From: Escherichia phage vB_EcoM_G53
Strand: one strand, 5' to 3'
Length of the DNA stretch: 64,000 nucleotides
Sequence record: MK327943.1
Below, one piece after another: positions 33,428 through 43,311 of the stretch. The first letter of the stretch is position 1. Every line of letters begins with the position of its first letter. The position numbers and the translations under genes are program-made. The notes below the pieces were generated by a model. That model was not told where the DNA came from. It made no database searches and worked only from the letters and a program-made list of their open reading frames with translations.

Positions 33428-34042
33428 CTACTTAATGAAATTAATTTCTACCGGATGAACAACAGGTTGAGCAGTGATATATTGAGTAATTGCTTTCATG
33501 ACTAGAGCTTCAGAACCAGGATTTTTCTCAACGAATTCACGTGCTAGGTTATGAGCTTCGAGTTCACTCAATAAACCGGAACGCTGGCATCCACGGTCTT
33601 GAGTACCCTGTTCAGATAAAAGGACTACTACATATTTTTCATCGTCGTAGGGCTTAGCCAGTTGAGCAAATGTTCCTTTACTTCCAAAAGGAGAGTTATG
33701 TCGCCACATCACGCCGTGAGGAGTTTCAACCTTCGTATATTCGTGCGGTCCATTTTTCTTAGTTTCTTGATGTGGAACTTCATAGACCTTAGGGTTAGGA
33801 CATTCAATAAAATGCTCATCTAAATCGGTCGAGAATATTAAAGTAAAACAATTACTGAATTTACCAACACCGGCCTGATAAATTTTACCTTCAGAAGTTC
33901 TAATTTCACAAACTGAGCCGGCATCAGTAACTTCTAAAACTTCAAAAGGCTCAATAAGGTCATATGAGAACATGTTTTTAAGGCGTGGAGTAATATCCCC
34001 ATTTTTAAAATTCATTTTATAAAAAGTATTAACTTTAAACAT
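33428..34042 (-). CDS. Hypothetical 204-aa protein
   Basis: ATG with SD gagga; track start at 34072 is TTG and reads through an upstream hairpin. Confidence 0.5.
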   Translation of the reverse strand: MFKVNTFYKMNFKNGDITPRLKNMFSYDLIEPFEVLEVTDAGSVCEIRTSEGKIYQAGVGKFSNCFTLIFSTDLDEHFIECPNPKVYEVPHQETKKNGPHEYTKVETPHGVMWRHNSPFGSKGTFAQLAKPYDDEKYVVVLLSEQGTQDRGCQRSGLLSELEAHNLAREFVEKNPGSEALVMKAITQYITAQPVVHPVEINFIK

Positions 34043-34054
34043 AATTTCCTCAGT

Positions 34055-34070
34055 GGGAGCCGAAGCTCCC
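34055..34070 (-). promoter_or_regulatory. UUCG-loop RNA hairpin (gggagc-UUCG-gctccc) without U-tract, 12 nt upstream of the SD
   Basis: Perfect 6-bp stem between two ORFs; no terminator U-tract. Confidence 0.4.
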
Positions 34071-34077
34071 AATTAAT

Positions 34078-34443
34078 TTAGATATCAAATTCGTTAAGAA
34101 CTACATCAAAGATTGCTTCGAGATGTTCAGGTTTAGCTCGGTTACTCAGGATATGACGAATCCAAGTTTTAACCAGAAGTTTACGATTAACACCATTCCA
34201 GCAAGGATGAGTACCTAAATCACGCTGACGGAAATCATCATCTAATGCAATTTTAAAATTTGAACCTTCCATCGTGATTGAAACCGTGATACCATTTTCA
34301 AATCGCATATAAACGTAATTAGGAGTCATGCACTGTTCGATTTCACAAACTGTACCGTTTTCGTGTTTCCATAAGCAAATAACTTCAGAAGAACCAGCAA
34401 TACCGTTAGAAACATATTTACGTTCGAAGTTGGTGTAGTTCAT
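34078..34443 (-). CDS. Hypothetical protein
   Basis: 121-aa ORF with promoter motif and SD upstream. Confidence 0.5.
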   Translation of the reverse strand: MNYTNFERKYVSNGIAGSSEVICLWKHENGTVCEIEQCMTPNYVYMRFENGITVSITMEGSNFKIALDDDFRQRDLGTHPCWNGVNRKLLVKTWIRHILSNRAKPEHLEAIFDVVLNEFDI

Positions 34444-34484
34444 TTTATTCTCCAGATGTTTAAGTTGTTTGTTGGTACAGGTCT

Positions 34485-34513
34485 ATAATAACATAACCTG
34501 TACCAAAGTAAAC
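34485..34513 (-). promoter_or_regulatory. Early promoter GTTTAC-N17-TATTAT within inverted repeat ggtacaggt/acctgtacc
   Basis: Hexamers with 17-bp spacer; 9-bp inverted repeat flanks the -10. Confidence 0.5.
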
Positions 34514-34517
34514 TGTT

Positions 34518-34886
34518 TTATGCAACTTTAATCCAATTGTCTAAGTTTAAAACACCTTTGGCTTTCATTTTTTCTATCAGGTTATCTGCTGTAATGCGTC
34601 CATTTTGATACCATGTAACATCTTCAGAGTAACCAGTTTCTTCGTCAACATATGTTTCTGAACGAATTTTACCGGTAATAATAGTTTTTAATTCATATGT
34701 GTCACCTGTGAAAAAGTTTGCTAACACAATTTTCCAAGAGAAATCATCTGAAGGACCTTCAGGGGTCATACAACCTACGAACTCAAATTGCTCTTTGTAT
34801 AACATCCACTGGAATTCTTTAATTTCGATAGCTTTATAACCATCGTGGTCTTTACATTTGATGTATGAGTTCAGATTGATTTTCAT
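34518..34886 (-). CDS. Hypothetical protein
   Basis: 122-aa ORF with promoter motif and SD upstream. Confidence 0.5.
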   Translation of the reverse strand: MKINLNSYIKCKDHDGYKAIEIKEFQWMLYKEQFEFVGCMTPEGPSDDFSWKIVLANFFTGDTYELKTIITGKIRSETYVDEETGYSEDVTWYQNGRITADNLIEKMKAKGVLNLDNWIKVA

Positions 34887-34928
34887 TTTGTTCTCCAGGT
34901 TGTTTTATTGATTAGATGGTACAAGTCT

Positions 34929-34957
34929 ATAGTAACACATCCTACAGGAGAGTAAAC
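34929..34957 (-). promoter_or_regulatory. Early promoter GTTTAC-N17-TACTAT
   Basis: Hexamers with 17-bp spacer upstream of ORF 34518-34886. Confidence 0.5.
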
Positions 34958-34993
34958 ATCTTTTTAAACTTTTTCTGCCCTAAACGCACAAAA

Positions 34994-35011
34994 GGGAGAC
35001 CGAAGTCTCCC
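34994..35011 (-). terminator. Terminator: gggagac-UUCG-gtctccc hairpin plus U-tract (minus sense)
   Basis: Same 18-nt hairpin as after genes 23, 32 and 35; minus sense followed by TTTTGTG. Confidence 0.65.
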
Positions 35012-35016
35012 TAAAA

Positions 35017-35196
35017 TTATGCAACAACCTTTCCAAAACGAGAAGCATCATCTCGAAGAACTGCACGTGCTCTGCGCATGATCTTCTCAACTGTTTGATT
35101 AATACGAGAGTTCGACCCACGCTTGTATCCAGCGCGTTTAGAGGTACCATCAACTTTCTTTTCAACTGCTTTCTTTGCTTTAGCTTGTTTTGCCAT
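35017..35196 (-). CDS. Small basic protein (59 aa), function unknown
   Basis: ATG..TAA ORF MAKQAKAKKAVEKK.. (Lys/Arg-rich), below the track's size cut-off; terminator just downstream. Confidence 0.45.
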   Translation of the reverse strand: MAKQAKAKKAVEKKVDGTSKRAGYKRGSNSRINQTVEKIMRRARAVLRDDASRFGKVVA

Positions 35197-35352
35197 TATA
35201 AATTCTCTTTAAATGAAAATGCAGGACTTATTGACATTGCCTGCGCAAGCCCTCAAGGGGAACATAGGTTTTGGATATTTAACGACAGGATAACCATAAA
35301 CCCGTCATCATACCAACCACGACTTAGACAGATAACCTTTTTCTGACGCGTG

Positions 35353-35381
35353 ATAGTACAAAATACATTCAAGAGGTACAC
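35353..35381 (-). promoter_or_regulatory. Promoter-like element GTGTAC-N17-TACTAT inside the rIII-downstream spacer
   Basis: Resembles the recurrent early promoter cassette; would give a leader of about 150 nt to ORF 35017-35196. Confidence 0.35.
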
Positions 35382-35491
35382 CGTAAAACTGCCGGGGCCT
35401 TAAAACTATAATGATTCGCAAATCATTAATCAGACAGTTCGACGGCTCCTCGATTTTCTAGCCGCACTTAAGGTAGCGAATCACCTAAAAC

Positions 35492-35740
35492 TTATTTAAG
35501 GGTAATAACAAAATGACGTACTGCTTTACGAGCTGCAGAAGCCAAAGGCTTAGCATATTTCAGTTCATCTTTTGCTTCCAGTTCAGAGGCCAAAGCTGCC
35601 TGTACCGGGTTCAGATGTTTGAAATAATGCAGGATTTCCAGTGCTTCGGCTTCAACATCAATCGACGCGCCGTAGTTTTCGTGACCGTTATTCCATGCGT
35701 TTCGTTGCAGTTCAAGAGCGTGTTGTAATTGTTTAATCAT
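35492..35740 (-). CDS. rIII: rIII lysis-inhibition accessory protein
   Basis: 82 aa, same length as T4 rIII; position between gene 31 and the 30.x cluster. Confidence 0.8.
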   Translation of the reverse strand: MIKQLQHALELQRNAWNNGHENYGASIDVEAEALEILHYFKHLNPVQAALASELEAKDELKYAKPLASAARKAVRHFVITLK

Positions 35741-35864
35741 TTTAAATTCTCAATTCGAGATAATATTTAGTAGCCACGTTCGTCTGAATTTCACCTTCTT
35801 TCGACAAGTCTCTCAGTTGTAGGCTACCGCTTAGAAGAGTGTTCTCTTCATATAGTTATTTATA

Positions 35865-36197
35865 TCACTTATAAAGACACGGAATAGCTTTATAGTGGCA
35901 TGTTACGAATTTCTGTTTAATTTCTTTAGGTTGTTTAAGTCCCAAAGCCACAAATGGATGTGGAACATTTCGAATTTGTCCAACTGGTAGTGGAGTCAAA
36001 TCACCGACTTCAACAAAACCTTCAGGAACATCAGGACCTACAGAATGAACTACACATAGTTCAGGAACTTCACCTTGAACACGTTTACCAATCACAAGTC
36101 CTGATTCGGTAACTTCTTCATCACCTGCTTGAGCGGGTTCAGAAACCAGAATGACATATTCACCAACAGCACGAATTGGGAGTTGTACTTCAGACAT
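35865..36197 (-). CDS. 31: Co-chaperonin gp31 (GroES analogue)
   Basis: 110 aa, near-identical to T4 gp31 as recalled. Confidence 0.9.
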   Translation of the reverse strand: MSEVQLPIRAVGEYVILVSEPAQAGDEEVTESGLVIGKRVQGEVPELCVVHSVGPDVPEGFVEVGDLTPLPVGQIRNVPHPFVALGLKQPKEIKQKFVTCHYKAIPCLYK

Positions 36198-36227
36198 CTT
36201 ATTTCCTTGTTGTTTGACGATAGATTA

Positions 36228-36254
36228 ATAATACCATACTATTCGTAAAGCATA
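36228..36254 (-). promoter_or_regulatory. Middle promoter for gene 31: MotA box taTGCTTtA plus -10 TATTAT
   Basis: MotA-box match 12 nt upstream of a -10 element, about 35 nt before gp31 ATG. Confidence 0.45.
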
Positions 36255-36563
36255 TTACATAAGAAGCAAACGTTCTACCGGAGTACCATCAACCGAAATT
36301 ACTTTATCAAGGCGGAAAGAACGCCACTGACCTAACTTGGTATCGAATGCTCGAACTGATTCACGAGGTTCAGAACGAACTTCTGATGCCGGATTGTTAT
36401 TTTCATATTTGACTTCAAGTTCATCGCGAGAAGCAAACATAGCGCGTACCTCACCGTTAGCCTTTTCAAATACAACACAATGAACGCCTACAGACAGAAT
36501 AGTTTTAATACGTTCACGAAGAACCATAGTTTCTTGTTCAGTTAAAATCATATTATTCACCAC
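36255..36563 (-). CDS. Hypothetical protein (31.1 position)
   Basis: 102-aa ORF from GTG; in-frame ATG at 36551 follows cd stop by 1 nt. Confidence 0.5.
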   Translation of the reverse strand: MVNNMILTEQETMVLRERIKTILSVGVHCVVFEKANGEVRAMFASRDELEVKYENNNPASEVRSEPRESVRAFDTKLGQWRSFRLDKVISVDGTPVERLLLM

Positions 36564-37134
36564 AAAAGTTTCGGATTTGTTCCCAATTCAGAGAACGAAG
36601 ATTATTACGAGAGTACTGAATTACTTCAATACCGGCTTGTTTTAGAATGTCTGCCCAATTTTCAGGAGATCGGTCGTATAATTCTGCATATACAACCTTT
36701 TTAATACCTGACTGTGTAATAGCTTTAGTGCAATCAGGACACGGAGAAAGCGTCGTATATAACGTAGCACCTTCAATAGAATTACCTTTACGAGCTGCAA
36801 ATAAAATTGCATTCAGTTCAGCATGGATTTCATTATTAGCAGACCATGCACTATGAGCGGCCCGATGTTCTTTAGCCAAAACAAAATTATCCACCCGTCC
36901 AAATGCTGTAGTGCCTTCTTTATGCCCAGCAACGATGACCGGGCTTGGTTTATTCTTCAACCAACCGTTTTCGGATGCATGTTCGCAACAGTTTGTACCA
37001 CCTGAAGGAGAGCCATTATAACCTGTAGAAATAATGCGTCCATCTTTTTCAATGACGGCACCAACTTTCCATGAACAACATTTTGATTCTTGAGAAATCA
37101 AATAAGCAATTTGAAGATATGTGCTAGCTTTCAT
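36553..37134 (-). CDS. cd: dCMP deaminase
   Basis: 193 aa as T4 Cd; zinc motifs HAELNAI and PCPDC. Confidence 0.9.
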   Translation of the reverse strand: MKASTYLQIAYLISQESKCCSWKVGAVIEKDGRIISTGYNGSPSGGTNCCEHASENGWLKNKPSPVIVAGHKEGTTAFGRVDNFVLAKEHRAAHSAWSANNEIHAELNAILFAARKGNSIEGATLYTTLSPCPDCTKAITQSGIKKVVYAELYDRSPENWADILKQAGIEVIQYSRNNLRSLNWEQIRNFCGE

Positions 37135-38181
37135 TATTGAACCTTATTAATATAAGTTAACAGCTCTTTAGTTTGTTCCCAACTGATGCACGCATCGGTA
37201 ACGGAAACGCCATAGGACATATTATCAGAAATTTTTTGATTTCCTTCATGTAGGAATGATTCTATCATAATTCCTTTGACCAAATCATTAGCTGCTAAAT
37301 TTTTACCAATACCAATTTGATTGCTATAATGCCCATCAGCGTTTGCATGGCTACAGTCAACCATTACATAATGATTCAGACCTACTGCACTTGCTTTGTT
37401 AGAAGCTTCTTGAATATCAGAAGAATGATAGTTGACCTACTGCACTTGCTTTGTTAGAAGCTTCTTGAATATCAGAAGAATGATAGTTCGGGCCGTTGGT
37501 CCCGCCACGCAATACGATATGCGTATTCTGATTACCTTCAGCTTCAACAATGCCTACAGTACCATCGACGTCCATACCCATATACCGATGAGGCCAGGCG
37601 GCACTATACATCGCGTCTGTAGCTACTTTAATAGAACCATTGGTTGCGTTCTTGAAGCCTACGCACATCGGTAGACCTGAAGCAATTTCACGATGTGTCT
37701 GACTTTCAGTCGTACGGGCGCCAATAGCAACCCATGAGAAAATACCAGAAAGATACTTAATCGTGAATGGGTCTAATACTTCAGTTGCTAATGGAAGTCC
37801 CATACGTAGAAGTTTACGACACAATGTTCGTGCAACTATAAGACCGTGGTTCATATCAAAACTTCCGTCAAGATATGGATCATTTACAAGACCTTTCCAA
37901 CCTACGGTAGTTCGAGGCTTTTCAAAATAAACGCGCATCACTAACAGAACATTAGGAAGACGAGTTTGAAGTTCAGCCAGACGTTTGCCGTATTCAACAG
38001 CAGCAATAGGGTCATGAATTGAACAAGGACCTACAACAATAAGTTTGCGTGGGTCTTCACCGTTCATAATCGAATTAACTTGTTCGCGATGAGAAGCCAC
38101 TTGTGATGCGTAAGCTTCCGACAAAGGAATAATCTCAGCCAGTTCTTTTGGAGAAATAAGTTTTCTGACGACAGGTAACAT
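37134..38181 (-). pseudogene. DAHP synthase (AroG/AroF-type 3-deoxy-7-phosphoheptulonate synthase), frameshifted by a 55-bp tandem duplication
   Basis: Track ORFs 37417-38181 and 37134-37364 both resemble E. coli AroG (GPCSIHDP, VMRVYFEKPRTTVGWKG, GARTTESQ, DCSHAN); they fuse in frame if one repeat copy is removed. Confidence 0.8.
37379..37488. repeat. Perfect 55-bp direct tandem duplication (2 copies)
   Basis: 37379-37433 equals 37434-37488 base for base; flanking bases differ; 55 is not a multiple of 3. Confidence 0.9.
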
Positions 38182-38301
38182 AACAATCCTTAGGAGATAT
38201 AAACAGATTCTGATTCAACAATACCTTTAACCGGATTAGACAGGCTAAGTTGGTAGTGCTCAGATTTATGACCATTCTCGATAGTAATGAGATAGCTCTC
38301 A

Positions 38302-38538
38302 TTATAGTGTTCCATATACTCGAGTTGCTTCAACAAGACCATCACTGCCTAATTTAAGATTAGTAATTTGGTCACCATCTTTAGGATTAACGATTATGAG
38401 AAAAGAACGTGGAGATTCTTGAATAACTCGTAATGTTGCATCTTGGAAACGTTCAGACACTTTATTGATGAGTGCTTGAGCAAATTCTTTTACTTTAATC
38501 TGAAATTCGTGTACTGTAATTGGGTTTTCACTTAACAT
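38302..38538 (-). CDS. Hypothetical protein
   Basis: 78-aa ORF with promoter motif and SD upstream. Confidence 0.45.
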   Translation of the reverse strand: MLSENPITVHEFQIKVKEFAQALINKVSERFQDATLRVIQESPRSFLIIVNPKDGDQITNLKLGSDGLVEATRVYGTL

Positions 38539-38566
38539 TTCTATTTCCTCATTTGTTGGTAGAGTT

Positions 38567-38595
38567 ATAGTATCACAACTCCACCATGTTGTAAA
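38567..38595 (-). promoter_or_regulatory. Early promoter TTTACA-N17-TACTAT
   Basis: Hexamers with 17-bp spacer upstream of ORF 38302-38538. Confidence 0.5.
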
Positions 38596-38598
38596 CCA

Positions 38599-38874
38599 TT
38601 AAATTGCTTTGCATTCAATTTTTTGTGTACCGAAATTGATATCACATTGGATAACTAAATCGCCGTCAAGATCAAATACCACTATGACGTGTGCAGACCC
38701 AGGGAGAAGAGTAATAGCAATAGAATCTACTTGGTCTGGGAGCAAAGCGTTAAGTACATGAGTTACTTGAGCATGAACTCTGAGTTCGGCCGCATTATCA
38801 AGCACTTCAAACATATTATTAGCAATAATCTGGCTGAAGACTACCTTTACAATTTCAGAATAAGTTGGGAACAT
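38599..38874 (-). CDS. Hypothetical protein
   Basis: 91-aa ORF, ATG start. Confidence 0.45.
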   Translation of the reverse strand: MFPTYSEIVKVVFSQIIANNMFEVLDNAAELRVHAQVTHVLNALLPDQVDSIAITLLPGSAHVIVVFDLDGDLVIQCDINFGTQKIECKAI

Positions 38875-38881
38875 AATTACC

Positions 38882-39106
38882 TCAGTGCACAGTATTTACT
38901 TTAACTCGAACAACAAATCGCTCGGTTGGTTCACCTACAGGAACAAACTCTACATGATATTCACCTTTGTAACGAGTATTCAGATCATTACGAATTCCTG
39001 CGAGTTTGTTGATTAATGTAGGACTCATATTAAGTCCCACTAGTTTACGAAGCATTTTGTATGCTTCATCTTCGATTTCATGATGTTTATCGTACATAGT
39101 TTTCAT
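38882..39106 (-). CDS. Hypothetical protein
   Basis: 74-aa ORF, ATG start. Confidence 0.45.
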   Translation of the reverse strand: MKTMYDKHHEIEDEAYKMLRKLVGLNMSPTLINKLAGIRNDLNTRYKGEYHVEFVPVGEPTERFVVRVKVNTVH

Positions 39107-39278
39107 TTAACCATTCAATTGCCTGGTCGACGTTATCAAATATACCGCCGTCCAAACGTTCTTCATGCTCATAGTCCAGCACATCAATACCGAACTGTCC
39201 ATTTACTAAAGGCCAGGCTACAAACAAATATTCTTTATGATGTTCGATGGCCTCAATCACTTCATATAATCGTTTCAT
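39087..39278 (-). CDS. Hypothetical protein
   Basis: 63-aa ORF, start adjacent to pseT stop. Confidence 0.4.
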   Translation of the reverse strand: MKRLYEVIEAIEHHKEYLFVAWPLVNGQFGIDVLDYEHEERLDGGIFDNVDQAIEWLNENYVR

Positions 39279-40365
<1,087 letters not shown>

Positions 40366-40366
<1 letters not shown>

Positions 40367-40665
40367 TATTTGATTCCTAAGAAAGCTTCAAGAATACGAA
40401 TGTTGAGTTCGCGCCGGTCTTTATTAATTTCAGCAACGTTTTTATTAATTGACGTACTTCTAACGTTTGAAGAAATAAATTTAATCATATGACTTTTGAG
40501 TTGTTGCAAATCCAACCCTTTTTCTTTAGCAGCTTTACGAAGAGCTTTACCTGCTTCATCTAGTGCCTTTGCTGCATCTTTGTCATAATCTACAAGTGTC
40601 ATTCCACGGCAGATATCAATATACTCATCAGACCGTTTGATGTAATTCTCTAGTAATGTTTTCAT
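40366..40665 (-). CDS. Hypothetical protein
   Basis: 99-aa ORF with promoter motif upstream. Confidence 0.45.
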
Positions 40666-40693
40666 TTAGATTTCCTCAATTATCCATAGGAGC

Positions 40694-40722
40694 ATTATAC
40701 TCTGCTCCCGAGAGTTTGTAAA
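40694..40722 (-). promoter_or_regulatory. Early promoter TTTACA-N17-TATAAT
   Basis: Consensus hexamers, 17-bp spacer, upstream of ORF 40366-40665. Confidence 0.55.
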
Positions 40723-40947
40723 CTATTTTACTAAAGATTCAATATACTCATGAAGAGCTTTAGTCGCTACTGCCCACTTATTCTGATATTCATTTTTCAG
40801 ATTAGCACGAGACTGAACTAACAAGCGGTCATTAGTCGGAGGCAAAGATTCTAATCGTTGAATCTGGCGTCCATAAATCATAGCCGCCATTTCAGATTCA
40901 TAGATAAGCCCTTTAATGTATTCATGCTGTTCTTTAGTCATTGGCAT
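40723..40947 (-). CDS. Hypothetical protein
   Basis: 74-aa ORF, ATG start. Confidence 0.4.
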   Translation of the reverse strand: MPMTKEQHEYIKGLIYESEMAAMIYGRQIQRLESLPPTNDRLLVQSRANLKNEYQNKWAVATKALHEYIESLVK

Positions 40948-41228
40948 TTTTCCTCTTTTAAACCACTACGATAATAACATAACATAGTCTTCTGGTCATG
41001 TATATATCTTTTTACGTCGTTTAACCAGATACGAAATTCTTGAGAGTCTTCAAATGGCATTCCAACCCACGGATTACCATCAATAACCTTTACTTGCCAT
41101 TTCTGGTTGTATTCGGAAATAGGCGTAGGCCATGAAGGATGTAAAGTTTCTTTAGGGCTTACTGGCACATCCTGAGTACATCCAACTAGGAGACCAATAG
41201 ATAATACAGCCACAGTTAATTTAATCAT
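40938..41228 (-). CDS. Outer-membrane lipoprotein, o-spanin candidate (T4 pseT.2 equivalent)
   Basis: Signal peptide with lipobox LLVGC; ATGA overlap with upstream membrane-anchored coiled-coil ORF. Confidence 0.5.
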   Translation of the reverse strand: MIKLTVAVLSIGLLVGCTQDVPVSPKETLHPSWPTPISEYNQKWQVKVIDGNPWVGMPFEDSQEFRIWLNDVKRYIHDQKTMLCYYRSGLKEEKCQ

Positions 41229-41581
41229 TCTGAGAGCTTCCTGAGGTCTTCTGCAAAGGAATCGAAGGACCTGTTGATTTGTTTTTCGACCAATCCTGGC
41301 TTACTTGCCACCACGTTCTTCTTCTTCGAATCCTTACGGAGCTTTTCATTTTCAGCCTTAAGTTGGTCAACTAAAACACGGTTCTTATAAGTCATTTCTT
41401 CGATTGACTGATATTGAATCTTGAAGTCGTCTAATACTTTAGCATTGTTTTTAGCAGTCTCTTTAACAGAAGCCAATTCAGTATTCAGCGAATCGACTTT
41501 ATGGTTCAGAAATGCTATTGTTACAGTAGCAACAACTGCAAAAGCTGCCACTACAATATATGATGCATTTACTTTAAGCAT
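41225..41581 (-). CDS. Membrane-anchored coiled-coil protein, i-spanin candidate (T4 pseT.3 equivalent)
   Basis: N-terminal hydrophobic helix then charged coiled-coil-like region; paired with the lipoprotein. Confidence 0.5.
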   Translation of the reverse strand: MLKVNASYIVVAAFAVVATVTIAFLNHKVDSLNTELASVKETAKNNAKVLDDFKIQYQSIEEMTYKNRVLVDQLKAENEKLRKDSKKKNVVASKPGLVEKQINRSFDSFAEDLRKLSE

Positions 41582-42069
41582 GTTTGAATAATCTCAATGA
41601 TTTCGTCTCGGGATAATCCATTGATAAGAACTGTTTTAGGCCCGTCAGTTTGGATTTTGTATGATTCAAACAATACACACAACTCTTCTGCTGTATGATA
41701 TGGGCTTGAGATTCCGAGACGGTTGAATTTGTCGGTAAGAGGGTCGCAAATAATATAGAATTTGATACCTGCGATATGTACGTTTGGTTGACTAATATTA
41801 ATGAACACATTAGCGTCATATTTAGTCAAATTGTTTTGAAGAAATTCTACCATAGAATTAACTGCTTCTGGCATCGCTTCGCGTTTCTCTTCAGCGTATC
41901 GGGTTGAATACTCTTTTTGTTTTACTTTCTTTTTAAGATTTTTGGCCAGTGTAACACGTAGGTCAGTAAGATAACCAACTGGACGTCCTTTCTTAAAGAC
42001 CCGGATTCCGTCAGTTGTGTCTCCAAAAGCGTTTACGACCATATCGTTAGTAATCAATTGCATATTCAT
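41569..42069 (-). CDS. alc: Alc-like protein (position of T4 alc)
   Basis: 166 aa from ATG with SD aggag (T4 Alc 167); track start at 42111 lies inside the promoter. Confidence 0.5.
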   Translation of the reverse strand: MNMQLITNDMVVNAFGDTTDGIRVFKKGRPVGYLTDLRVTLAKNLKKKVKQKEYSTRYAEEKREAMPEAVNSMVEFLQNNLTKYDANVFINISQPNVHIAGIKFYIICDPLTDKFNRLGISSPYHTAEELCVLFESYKIQTDGPKTVLINGLSRDEIIEIIQTCLK

Positions 42070-42098
42070 AATTTTCTCCTCGTGTTGTTGATAAACCC

Positions 42099-42127
42099 AT
42101 AGTATCACCATCCTTGGTGTTTGTAAA
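42099..42127 (-). promoter_or_regulatory. Early promoter TTTACA-N17-TACTAT
   Basis: Hexamers with 17-bp spacer between rnlA stop and alc start. Confidence 0.5.
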
Positions 42128-42130
42128 CCG

Positions 42131-43264
<1,134 letters not shown>

Positions 43265-43282
43265 TCAGTTAGTTTTTTTTAA

Positions 43283-43311
43283 ATTGTACCACAATCCTTG
43301 TGGTATGTAAA
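43283..43311 (-). promoter_or_regulatory. Early promoter TTTACA-N17-TACAAT
   Basis: Hexamers with 17-bp spacer upstream of rnlA. Confidence 0.5.

Noticed and set aside
35095-35346. 83-aa plus-strand ORF (TTG start) across the small basic ORF and spacer
   Set aside because: Alternative start, no SD, antisense to a block transcribed on the minus strand.
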